Assembly: GCF_018350175.1 (NCBI RefSeq)
Contig: NC_058377.1
Span: 19,158,001 to 19,222,000, forward strand
DNA: 64,000 nt
Direction of reading: 5' to 3'
From: Felis catus
Taxonomy: Eukaryota
The position numbers were made by a program, and so were the translations under genes. The stretch's first letter is position 1. Every line of letters starts with the position of its first letter. Under the pieces are notes generated by a model. The model had not been told where the DNA came from, searched no databases, and saw only the letters and a program-made list of their open reading frames with translations. Below, piece after piece: positions 1 through 10,966 of this stretch.

Positions 1-1439
1 GCATTAGTTTCTAAAAGAAGCCTTCCTGATTCGATCAGGTAGCATGAGAAGCGCTGCTGTTGTTGGTTTTAACTACAAATGCTTGATAGGCAACAGGCAT
101 AAACAACCTCAGCCAAGCATGACAGAATACTTCCCTGAGAGGCTAGACCATCAAAGGTCAGACCCGGAGATTCCCCTTCATTGAAAGAGCCCAGATTTTG
201 GTCACCCTCGCTAAAGGACAGTTAGATGGTTTGCTTAGCAGTTGGTGCGCGGTCTTTTAGGGACTTGATCTGAGTTCAGACATTTTGGGGGAGAATGATT
301 TAGGTTTGGCCCCATCCAAGACCTCAGTATAGAGACAGGACTGCCTGCTTCCTTGTCACGAACATCAGCAACTTGACCTCTGTGCTTCTCTATCCCACTC
401 AAGATAGGAGGCTTGGGGTGAATAGCTCAGAACCGCCAATCAAATATCCCAGCTGCCCCCAGTAGAAACCATTTTGGGATAGGTTCCTTTGATTTTAAGA
501 GTCGTCTATACAACTCCTCCAGTGTAAGATGATCTCATTGTAAAAAAATCTCTCTGTCCCCAGGGGAGTGATAAGCAATATTCTCTTTAAGAGCTTCAGG
601 TCAAAGTCCAGATTCCCAGCTTTATTCCAGCGCTGGGTACATCTAAAGGAAGATATTATGTTCCAGGGGTCAAGCTTTCAGATCTTACCCCAACGAGAAG
701 ATAATAAAAAAGCACTTGTAGGTTGGATTTTATTCATCATTTCTATAATCACTGAAATTACAGATGAAATAGGCCATTATGTCATCCAGCCTCTCTTGCT
801 AGCTAGCGTGTGTGTATTTTTCTTTTATAACATCCCATAAAAGCATCCAACGCAGGGTTAGATCATAATAATCTCTTGGCCATTTGTGGCAAGTGCAAAC
901 TCTTCCAAATTAACTGGGTTTTTGCCCGATTCCCATCTGGAAGACTCTTGAAATTGCTCAGTGTGAGCAACCATGTGCTTTGCTTTATCCCCCACATCAG
1001 AGTTGCCAACACGGTCAGCTCTGCCTGGAGAGTGTATAGGACCCATGTCATTATGGGCTCTGCTCGAAGCAACTAGGGTATTTCCCTAGCTGTATTTTTC
1101 AAGCAGGAATGTGCGCATTCTCGGGGACGGGGCGGGGGGGGGGGCGGGGGGGGGGAGCTGGAGGCATATTTTTAGAAAGTCAGAAGTTCTTTATGAGAAA
1201 TGTTCAGTGTTATATTTTCATTCTGATGATTTTACAAACACATGTGAACATATTGTGGAGCATCTGGAAGATCTTCTTTTAACTGAATACTGCCGTGTGT
1301 CTCCTGTGTCTCCAGTGCCCCAACTGCATTTGCATTAGGGCAGAGGAGGACCACTTTGTCTCACCAATGAGAAAAGCAGTGAGGTAGAATTCACCTGCAC
1401 CAGAGTGAGGACCAGAGGAACATCAAAATGTGCTAAGGA

Positions 1440-1568
1440 GGGGCGCCTGGGTGGCCCAGTCAGTTAAGTGTGGGACTCTTGATTTCAGCTCAGGTCACGA
1501 TCTCACCATCCGCGAGATGGAGCAGTGCATGGTGGGGATCTGTGCTGGCAGCATGGAGCCTGCTTGGG

Positions 1569-1613
<45 letters not shown>

Positions 1614-1631
1614 ATAAGTAAATAGACTTAA
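1440..1631 (+). mobile_element. Can-SINE (carnivore tRNA-derived SINE)
   Basis: GGGGCGCCTGGGTGGC head, (CT)n tract, A-rich tail; TSD AAAATGTGCTA at 1425-1435 and 1632-1642. Confidence 0.95.
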
Positions 1632-1647
1632 AAAATGTGCTACAGAA

Positions 1648-2054
1648 ATGGTGGTTTTTCAGAATTCCCATCAAGAGCAGCGCTAGGGGGTTGAGGCCCT
1701 AGACAGCACATTGACCAAAGCGGACGCAGACCAGAGTCAAAAGCAGGTGCCCCACAGCGCTTGGAGCCACATTCATATTGTGAGCAACAATTCATTTTTA
1801 CCAAACTGTCATATGTCATACTAAATTCATGGTGATAATTTCATTAGTAATTTTTAAATTTCTTTTGCATGCCATTTGTAAATTAACTTTGTATTGCATA
1901 GGACTATATGCATAAGGAGTTTATGCCCAGTTTTATGGTTATACATATTTAAGGAACATTAAACTGAAAAGAATTGGAGTCAACATGGATCTCCATGAGA
2001 ATTTTTTTTCTCTAAAAAGTCGTCCAGACATTATTCAAGTTGAAGAAATACTGC
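1648..2054. mobile_element. Degenerate hAT-Charlie-like DNA transposon (MER-type)
   Basis: Ends resemble CAGTGGTTTTCAAA / TTTGAGAAACACTG terminal repeats; AT-rich interior; boundaries approximate. Confidence 0.4.
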
Positions 2055-3983
2055 TTGACAGGATTACCTTGTATCTTTCTAGGGACCTCTATACTCAAGT
2101 GTATTTACATCTTCAAGAGTTGTCCACAGAAACCACCTTTTCCTAGATTCAGTGAGTTGTAAAGCCAAACAATTGGACTAGACTGGACCATATTTAAGGA
2201 GGAAGAACGTTGATTTTTTAAAAAAAAATTTCCTTGCAGAATGTTCTGGCCATGTCACTAGAGCAAGACCTCCTATGAACCTCTCTGAGCAATTGATCAG
2301 ATACTGCCTGCTGACCTCCGATGAGAGGAAGTCACACGGCAGCACAGCTTTGGATAACAACTTGTCTTACAGAAAGCGTTCAATAAAATGAAAGAAAGAA
2401 CAAACCTGGGTCAACAGCAAGAAGCCATTAAGACATGAAATAGACATTAGCAATTGGTTAGTTGATCAAAGAATAATCCGGTAGGATGGAAAACATCCTC
2501 CAAAGCAGTCTTTGGAAAGTTCTCTGATGCACAGTCTATTGAGCGGGGTTCCCTAGGGCCTGGTGTATATTAAGCTCCTTCCTTCATGTTATAAAAAACA
2601 GAAGAAATCTAGTCCACTGATCCTCTCAGCAGGCGCTCGATCGTTCTCTGGTAGAAATCCCTGAAACAGCGAGCAGAAAGGCGATCAAGAAAGGAAGTAA
2701 GGGATTTGTGAGAGGTCGAGGAAGATGAGGAGGCAAGAGGCTGGGAAAGGTCACAGTATCACCCCTATTGTGTGTTCTCCCTCCTTTTTTAGATCCTTCT
2801 TGGTGGTATGGTATAAAAACTTGACTGAGATAGGGATGTCAGGAACAGTCATCCCATCCTGGTTTCTCCTTGCTCTCAAAAGTGGCATGGTGGAAAGGAG
2901 AACTTCTTTTGGAGAAATGCCTTCTCTTTTCTTCAACTGAGCACGCAGCTCTGGGTGGGAGAGGACATCCACACAGTGAGTCACGGCAGGTGAGTGGGAC
3001 CCTGGTGGCCCCTGCATGGTGAAGCCGCACAGGAGTGGGGCCCCCCTGTCTGACAGGGAGCAGAAGGAGCTTTATCTCCAGCCTGGGAAACATCTTTGGA
3101 ACAATCCACTTTTTTTTTTTCTTTTTTCTTTTTCTTTTTTCCTCCGGTTTCTCATGTATAAAATAAAGGCAGCAACGCTTTTTACTTTTGGGGTTATTAC
3201 TGGGCTATGTCTTGCCCTTAAATTATTTCAAGCTTTCAGGAAGAAAAAGTCCTCACGCAGTACTTTCTTCACTCTCCAGGTCATGAGTTATTTACATGCT
3301 ACGTTTCCTGGCTCCTCCCCCTTCTCATCATCTACCATTGGGAATATTACTAAATAGGGTTTTCCTCTGATATCTCTTTTATACTCTTCAGAATTTTCTC
3401 ATAAAAACACCGGACTTGATGTCTGAAGAAGTGGGGAGTTAAATTCCCTTTTCTCCCACTTGCCACAGGACTTCGTATGCGTGACTTAGCCTCATTGACT
3501 GTCAATTTTCTCGTGTGCAAATTGGGGCAATGTAAGGAACTTTCAGGATTGTTGAGAGTCATAGGTGTGAAGGTACCAACCACCGGCAGTTAACTGACCA
3601 AAATTACTATGCAGAGCCATCAAAGCAAGAAGCCCTATTTAAGTTGGCTCTGTGATATCGTCTCTGATACCTCCTTGATTCTATGTTTGCTGACTCGCCC
3701 TGACTCAGACACGGCTTGGGTGGGAGGCTTGCGTGCCCTCCGCTGGTTAATGTCAGTCCCTCATCCTTTCTGATGGAATCTCTGTCATCTGTGTAATATC
3801 AACTCCCCTGTATAGGTAGTACTAAGGCTTATGATGGAGACAAAACTGAGACGCTCTGGGCAGAGTTAATTATTTGTTTCCTTTGCCTCAATACCATCTT
3901 AAACCTGCCTTTATTATAACATTTATACACTGACTCCTAATTATTTGTTTACCTGATCATCTCTCCCATGGGACCATATACTC

Positions 3984-4012
3984 TTTTTTAAAAAAAAAAA
4001 TGTTTATTTGAT

Positions 4013-4059
<47 letters not shown>

Positions 4060-4186
4060 ATCCCAGGCAGTCTCTGAGCTGTCAGCACAGAGTACAATGC
4101 AGGGCTTGAACTCATGAACCATGAGACCATGACCTGAGCTAAAATGAAGAGTTGGATGCTTAACCAACTGAGCCACCCAGGCACCT
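3984..4186 (-). mobile_element. Can-SINE
   Basis: Reverse-strand head (...GAGCCACCCAGGCACC), (GA)n tract, T-rich tail; degraded TSD. Confidence 0.95.
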
Positions 4187-4526
4187 GGACAATGAACTCT
4201 TCTAAGGAAATATAGATTATTCCCTTGCAATGTCCAGAGCCGAGCACAGTGTCCAGTGCAGAGCAGATGTCCAATACTAAACGAAGCATTGCTACTAGAA
4301 TTTTCTCTTTTCCTCTCTTCCTCATTACCCACAACTACCTGGTCCAGACGAGCAGTTTGGCCATGCCTTCTATTCTGCCTGAGCTCAAACCCCAGCTGCT
4401 CCCATGAATCTGATTATCTTCCAAACTTTAATCAACCTCTTACCTAGCCCTGCTCCAGATCCCACATAGAGTACATGCTCTTGATGGTGCATTCCATTAG
4501 TGTGTATGTTCTGCTAGTTGGACAAG

Positions 4527-4744
4527 TTTTTTTTTTCTTTTTTTTTTGGAGACTGAGAGACAGAGAGAGAATGCATGAGAGTGTGAGTGGGGGAGGGGCA
4601 GAAGTGGGGAGAGAGAGAATCCTACGCAGACTCCATGCTCAGCTCGGAGCCTGATTTGAGGCTTGATCCCATGACCCTGGGATCATGACCTGAGCCCAAA
4701 TCAAGAAACGGACGCTTAACTGACAGAGCCACCCAGGCGCCCCT
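4527..4744 (-). mobile_element. Can-SINE (older subfamily)
   Basis: ...GAGCCACCCAGGCGCCCC end, GA-rich body, poly-T tail. Confidence 0.95.
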
Positions 4745-5027
4745 GTTTGAACATTTTTGAGGAAACCGGCTGAGGCGGTACGTGTGTGCAAAAAGGAGGG
4801 AAGATAAAAATAAAAGAAAACAAATAGAATAAAAAAGATAGGCCTAGGGGACAGTGGGAGAGGTTTTAGAGGGAATGTTTGTGCATTTGCTCAGCAATAA
4901 GAATGCTAAATGAAATCTATGAAAAGAAAAACTCTATTGGTAAAATTTAGCTCAGTGTATAGACTGGTGTTTTCCAAAGTACATTGCACAGAAACAAAAT
5001 CTATCGATGTTAATAGCTATCAACTGT

Positions 5028-5242
5028 ATTTAAACAATTTTTTTATGTTTATTTGTTTTTGAGAGAGAGAGAGAGAGCACAAGAAGGGGAGGGGCAGAAA
5101 CAGGGAGACACAGAATCCCAAGCAGGCTCCAGGCTTTGAGCTGTCAGCACAGAGCCTGATGCGGGGCTTGAACCCACAAACCATGAGGTCATGACCTGAA
5201 TCAAAGTCAGACGCTTCACTAACTGAGCCAACCAGGCACCCC
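5028..5242 (-). mobile_element. Can-SINE (SINEC_Fc type)
   Basis: Full SINE body; TSD TAGCTATCAACT at 5014-5025 and 5245-5256. Confidence 0.95.
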
Positions 5243-5276
5243 AGTAGCTATCAACTTTAAAAAGTGTTCCAAGTTT

Positions 5277-5526
5277 GGTGTGCCTGCGTGGCTCAGTCAT
5301 TAAGAATCTGGTTTTGGCTCAAGTCGTGATCTCACGGTTCATGAGTTCGAGTCCTGCATCAGGTGGGCTCAAGCCCCGTTTCGGGTGAACACAAGCCCCA
5401 CTTGGGGTAAAACACAAACCCCGCTTCTTTTCCTCCCTTTGCCCCTCCTGGAATTCTCGTTCTCTCTCTGCCCCCTTGCTCACTTGTGCCCTCTCTCTCT
5501 CAAAAACAAAACAAAACAAAACCAAA
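5277..5526 (+). mobile_element. Variant Can-SINE with tandemly repeated B-box segment
   Basis: SINE head, four ~22-nt tandem units at 5343-5427, (CT) tract, (CAAAA)n tail; TSD AAAAAGTGTTCCAA at 5259-5272 and 5527-5540. Confidence 0.9.
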
Positions 5527-6371
5527 AAAAAGTGTTCCAAACTAAAATAAGTTTGTGAGGCCACATGTTATCCGAGGTTCAACAAGTTTCCTTACCCTAG
5601 AACACCTAATAACCTTTTATATGACAATGTCGCTTAGACATCTTCAAGGAAGAATAATCATACTGCTTCGAAAAGTTCTTGATCACCCCCAGTTGGAGAA
5701 TTCCAGAGGATTAAGTGTTCCTTGGAACCCATTTTGAGGAATGCTGCCATAGAGATATGCATTTGAATTTTGTCAAGGCATTTGACAACTGGTTCCATGG
5801 CAATATGGAGTAACATGGACCCAATGACAATGTAACGAGGTAGATTCTTGCCTGATTAAACCACTTCCTTCAAAGGGTTTCATTAATAGAAGTTTGGCAA
5901 GCCGAGCACATTGTTTCCACACTTTGATGCCCCTATCCTTGTCAACCCATTCACAAACACAAAATTTTACCCTTTGTTTCAAAAGGCAAATGCTGAAAAC
6001 AGAGGCTCATATGAAAAACAATAGTCTGTAATGTTCAAGGATTTTAGTTGTTCCCAGAGTCATCACGAATTAACGTACAAGGTAGTTACCAAAACATACC
6101 CCTAATGAAAAACTACATTGATAGTTATTTAGTGTTATCAGATCAAGTCAGGGGAGATACAATCCAACTGTCATTTGCCCTACCAGATCCCACATGTTAG
6201 TGGATACATTAATAAATGTTTCTGTGGGAGAAGAGCAAAAATGGTGATGGGTCTGGAAGCCACATACTAGAATAAAAAACCAGAGATATTGAGAATGTTC
6301 ACCCTGAAGAAGAAAAAGTTTCAAGTATATACATATACCTTAGCGTACCTTAAAGATAAAGTATATATATA

Positions 6372-6579
6372 TTTTTTATGTTTATTTATTTTTGAGACAG
6401 AGAGAGACAGAGCATGAACGGGGGAGGGGCAGAGAGAGAGGGAGACACAGAATCGGAAGCAAGCTCCAGGCTCTGAGCCATCAGCCCAGAGCCCGACGCG
6501 GGGCTCGAACTCACGGACCGCGAGATCGTGACCTGAGCCGAAGTCGGACGCTCAACCGACTGAGCCACCCAGGCGCCCC
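6372..6579 (-). mobile_element. Young Can-SINE (SINEC_Fc)
   Basis: Near-consensus, CpGs intact; TSD TAAAGTATAT at 6357-6366 and 6580-6589. Confidence 0.97.
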
Positions 6580-6611
6580 TAAAGTATATTTTTTAAATAT
6601 TTGAAGAGTTG

Positions 6612-6740
6612 NNNNNNNNNNNNNNNNNNNNNNNNNNNNNNNNNNNNNNNNNNNNNNNNNNNNNNNNNNNNNNNNNNNNNNNNNNNNNNNNNNNNNNNNN
6701 NNNNNNNNNNNNNNNNNNNNNNNNNNNNNNNNNNNNNNNN
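6612..6740. other. Assembly gap (129 N)
   Basis: N run. Confidence 0.99.
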
Positions 6741-7010
6741 CTAATATGATGCCATCAGGGTAGGCCTTAATCCAACATGATTGATGTCATTATAAGAAGA
6801 GGAGATTAAGACATAGACATACACAGAGGGAAGAAAGACCTAGGAAGACACGGTGCCTACAAGCCCACGAGAGAGGCCTCAGAAGAAACAACCCCACTGA
6901 CACCATGATCTTGGATTCCTATTTTCCAGAATTGCGAGAAAATAAATATTTGTTGTTTAAGCCTCCCAATCTATGGTACTTTGTTATGGCAACCCTAGCA
7001 AACTAATACA
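6741..7010 (+). mobile_element. MaLR solo LTR (MLT1A-like), 5' part lost in gap
   Basis: Typical 3' end AATAAAT.TTTGTTGTTTAAGCC..CCA.TCTATGGTACTTTGTTATGGCA.CCCTAGCAAACTAATACA. Confidence 0.9.
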
Positions 7011-8089
7011 AGGAGGGTACCAAGCCCACTAGGTGGTAGACTTTTTGAGAAGGAAGCTTGTCTTACATGTCTTTGCATGTAATCATGTCACCTAACAGGG
7101 AGTCAACAATACAAAAAAATTACTCAATGGATTCTTGGTGTATAAAGGGGCAGATTTACTCTCTGGGTTAGCAGAAAGAAGAACTAAGAGCAATGAGTGG
7201 GGTGGCTAATGTGAACAACTGTGGTTCAGTTACGGAGTGGGTTCTTTGACAAGGCAGTAAGCTCTCTAGTCATTGGAAGTGTTCGTGTAGACACTGACGG
7301 ACGACCTGTGAGGGCTATTGCAGAAGAGACACCTGAACCGGGTAACAGGGGTCCTAGAAGATCCTGAAAATCTTTTCTGTGGAAAGGATTTGGACGTGGC
7401 AAAGAGCTTACTAAACACCCAGATCGTTATCCAGGCCTGATCTTCTTCTAGTAGCACCCGGGGATGGCCAAAGCCTATGATGCCCGTCTGTTACAGTCTT
7501 GACCCTCCGGAGGCCAGGGGGACTTCCATATCACTACTGATGTACGGCTTTTTAAGCGTCCTTGTGTGTAGTGTGTGAGCGAATCTATTCATGTAGGTCC
7601 AACGTTTCAAAAGGAAAAGGAAATGGACAACTATGAGCACACTTGATGGCATGACCTTGATATGGCAGCAGTAACGTCTATTTGGAATAAAATCTTCCAA
7701 CCCGTGAACTTGGGGGCGGTTGGCCTGAATACTGCCAGAGGGCATCTAAAAGGCACGGAGCATTGGCTCAAGCTTTCCTGTTATTAACTCTTATAGGCGG
7801 GATGGATGTTCCTGCTCTACGTTCTTTGGCGGATCTAGCCTCGAATATGGATAAAATGATGATTGCTTATCAGATGAGACTGGAGAAGAAGTGAAAATGG
7901 TTCCTCTTGCCTCTAAACATCTTCTTTGCCTAATCTGCCAGGAGCGTCATCAGAAATGACCTTTTACAAAAGGTATTGTCTCTATTAGAATGTAATCCTT
8001 TTATATGTACTGTCATTTTCTGTGTACTATGCTCTTTCACATGCCACCCGTGAACCTCCAGCCATCCGTGGCTTCTATTTCTGTGGATA

Positions 8090-8330
8090 CATCATGCTTT
8101 TGGTGTGCATAGAGCCTTCACACGCTCTTTTCCCTCTTGGCTAATGGACCCTTCCAAGCACCCATACATCTCTTGCATAGCAATTATTACATCTGTTGAG
8201 AAACCGTTCTTTGTGTAGGCTTAAAGTTCTGTGAGAGTGGGAACCAACTCTACTCTGCTATTTATTCTATCTCAAAACACTAACTGAATGGGCACCAGCT
8301 GATTCATTTATTGAATAAATGGATGAGTGC
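8090..8330 (+). mobile_element. L2 3' fragment
   Basis: L2-like 3' end terminating TTTATTGAATAAATGGATGAGTG. Confidence 0.55.
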
Positions 8331-9903
8331 CGATGGTCTTTGCTTCAACCCTATGATGAGATAGGTATCGTTGTTTTTACTTTGCCAACGAGTTTGTTAA
8401 ACTCAAGTGGTTTACCCCAAATTCACAGGCTGGGCGCTCAAAATGTCTCCTGATTCCAAATGTTTAGCTCTTTCCCCTCTGGATCACAGCTGTCTCTACT
8501 GGTAACATGAACCTGTGCTCTTTGGGACATTAATAATCTTGATGTGGGCCTTCTGGACAGGCTCACCCCCTTCTAACTTGGGATGCCTGTGCACACTGCT
8601 AAATTCCTTCTTCAGGAGATACTATCATGCAGGGTGGGATGGTTTCCTGAGAGTTCTCAACACAAACCTACTTGCAGTCGAGACTGATGCCAAGTTTGTT
8701 CGGCGAGACCACAGGTGTGTAGGGGGTGGGCGTTGCCTTCCTTGTGGATTTGGATCTGTTGTCTGCATAGATGCTGCCTGCTACATACTTAGGCCAATTA
8801 GAAATTAAAGCTTGGAAGTTAAGGATATATATGTAGGTGTGGGGATTCAGGAATGAGGAAGAGAGTGGGAGAAGAGGAGAGATGAGGTGGCACGGATCAT
8901 GGGCAAAAGAGTATGACAATCTGCCTAGGCCATGTGGCTGACAACCCGGCTGATGCTTGTTTTGACTTTTCTCTAACTGTACAACCGGTGCATGCAGATG
9001 ACTTTACATCTCATAGCAAAATGTGCGACAGCAACGTGCTAAGCAAATGCAAACAAAAATATGCTTCCCCCACTCCAAACAAATCTCTCACACGTCGCGA
9101 CGATGCCATGGCATGGCGAGAGACGGGAGACAGGGACGACCAGGAACCAGATTTGCTCATTGTGGAAACTACTCTCCAGGACCAGTAGACACGCACTGGC
9201 ACACCAGTGTCAGCCGTACCGGATTACTTGCTGTGATGTGGACACCGCGTGCACTTGGATTGCGCTCATCCGCGGAAGCATGGAAGCATCACCCATCCGA
9301 TTCGTTCAACGTTCGTTGTGCACCTGCTGTGACCCAGGCATGGCAGAGACAAGCCACATGCACATCCTGTCTTTTAGGAGCTCCTAGCTGCTCTGCGTTT
9401 GCCAGAGACACCGTGACATGCCCCTCAGCCTGGGATGTACTTGACTCTACTGTCTCCCTATGGAAATCCTGCCCGTTCCTTAAGGGCCAGCTTGGGAGCG
9501 TTTCCTTTCTCATCTTTCCCATTCCCCACCACGGTGGGAAGTAATCCTTGTCTCCAGTGCTCCTACAGCTCCGTGCTTGTCCTCCGAAGTGGCACAGGAG
9601 GGATGCAAAGCAAGTGCCTTCGGCCGCCATATCTCTCCTGCCTTGATTTTTCCCACCTCCCCACAGCTTAGAGGACCCGTTCTTCCCTCGTCGTGGGAAA
9701 ATTCTAACCGGAGAAAGTGTGTTGGTGGCCTCAACCTCATGAAAGGGAGACTCACCATTAAGTTTGTATTTTTGTTTTCTTTTTCTTTTTGCACTGAAAA
9801 TCTCTTTGGGTTCGAATACAGCTGCAGGGCTCCCGTGTGCCTTTCTCAGAACTTATTACTGAACTAGAATAGGGACAAGGAATTGTGCTACCTTCTCCTC
9901 CAG

Positions 9904-10165
9904 GGTAGTGTTTACTACGGTGGCGAAGAGCATGGGATTCGAAGTCCAGATATGGCTGGCTCCAAATCCTGGCCCTGCCGTTCACTAACCGTGTTGCTCT
10001 GTATTTAATATATTTGTGCCTGGGTTTTCCCATCTTTCAAATGGGTATAATAATAGAACATCTTTTATGAGGTTGGTGTGAGGATGAAATATGTTAATCC
10101 ACGGAATGACTTGGAACATTGGACGGCACTTACTACGTGGTCAAGAGAGGCTGGTTATTAGTTGT
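9904..10165 (+). mobile_element. MIR SINE, near full length
   Basis: GTGG.GAAGAGCATGGG head; core TGCCTGGGTTTTCCCATCTTTCAAATGGGTATAATAATAG; GGTTGGTGTGAGGATGAAAT. Confidence 0.85.
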
Positions 10166-10319
10166 TATTCTCCGGACGAAATAATTCCTCCCTGGAGCCT
10201 ACTGTGGCATTGTACTGTGACGGTACTTTCATATCAGATTTATCTGAGTCCTTTGAGGCTCAATTTCACAAAAACCTACTGCTGGAGACAGGTACTTGGA
10301 GATCTCCTAGCATTTTTGA

Positions 10320-10545
10320 AAAGTAAGTCATTTGAAGTTAAAACCCAGAATTTGAGTTTCGCTATTTTTACCACCGTTGGATATCTTACCCGGAAGATGG
10401 TACTCAACTTCCCTAATTGTCTATTGCCTCAACCTGAAAAGGAGAGGTGATCATGCGCCCCTCACGGGGTTGCTGTGATGCCCACGTGAACGTGGGCAGA
10501 TCTGAGTTCAATAAACAACATGGAAGTATCTAGCACCCTGTATGA
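10320..10545 (+). mobile_element. MIR SINE (degenerate)
   Basis: Core-like CCTCAACCTGAAAAGGAG...CCTCACGGGGTTGCTGTGA. Confidence 0.6.
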
Positions 10546-10605
10546 CAGTCGTAACAAGTGTTTGCTCCATTCTATTTTTTTTTTTTTCTTTAAAAAAGGC
10601 CTTCA

Positions 10606-10841
10606 GGGGCGCCTGGGTGGCTCAGTCGGTTAAGTGTCCGACTTCAGCTCAGGTCATGATCTCGCGGTCCGTGAGTTCGAGCCCCGCGTCGGGCTCTGGG
10701 TTGACAGCTCGGAGCCTGGAGCCCGCTTCGGATTCTGTGACTCCCTCTCTCTCTGACCCTCCCCTGTTCATGCTCTGTCTCTCTCTGTCTCAAAAATAAA
10801 TAAACATTAAAAAAAATAAAATAAAAGTCAACTTAAAAAAA
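10606..10841 (+). mobile_element. Young Can-SINE (SINEC_Fc)
   Basis: Near-consensus; TSD AAAAAAGGCCTTCA at 10592-10605 and 10842-10855. Confidence 0.97.
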
Positions 10842-10928
10842 AAAAAAGGCCTTCATGGCCATTGAATCTGAACCACCTGGGATGAGCCCTGAGCACTTCG
10901 ATGGCGGCTTTCAGTGTGCCAGGTGTGG

Positions 10929-10930
<2 letters not shown>

Positions 10931-10965
<35 letters not shown>
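10931..10965. repeat. (AC)n microsatellite
   Basis: About 17 perfect units. Confidence 0.98.

Positions 10966-10966
<1 letters not shown>

Larger units (their letters stand above)
4965..5746. mobile_element. hAT-Charlie non-autonomous element (MER103/MER112-like) interrupted by two SINEs
   Basis: Left end ...GTGTTTTCCAAAGT.CATT.CACAGAAAC and right end GTGTTCCTTGGAACCCATTTTGAGGAATGCTG resemble the inverted termini of this group. Confidence 0.55.
5754..7380 (+). mobile_element. L3/CR1 LINE relic (RT region to 3' end), interrupted by a SINE, a gap and an MLT1 LTR
   Basis: 5754-5903 translates as DMHLNFVKAFDNWFH..ME*HG..VTR*ILA*LNHFLQRVFINRS, matching CR1 ORF2 (YLDFSKAFD..VRWI.NWL..QRV.ING); 6240-6320 and 7140-7380 match CR1/L3 3' sequence. 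Confidence 0.8.
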
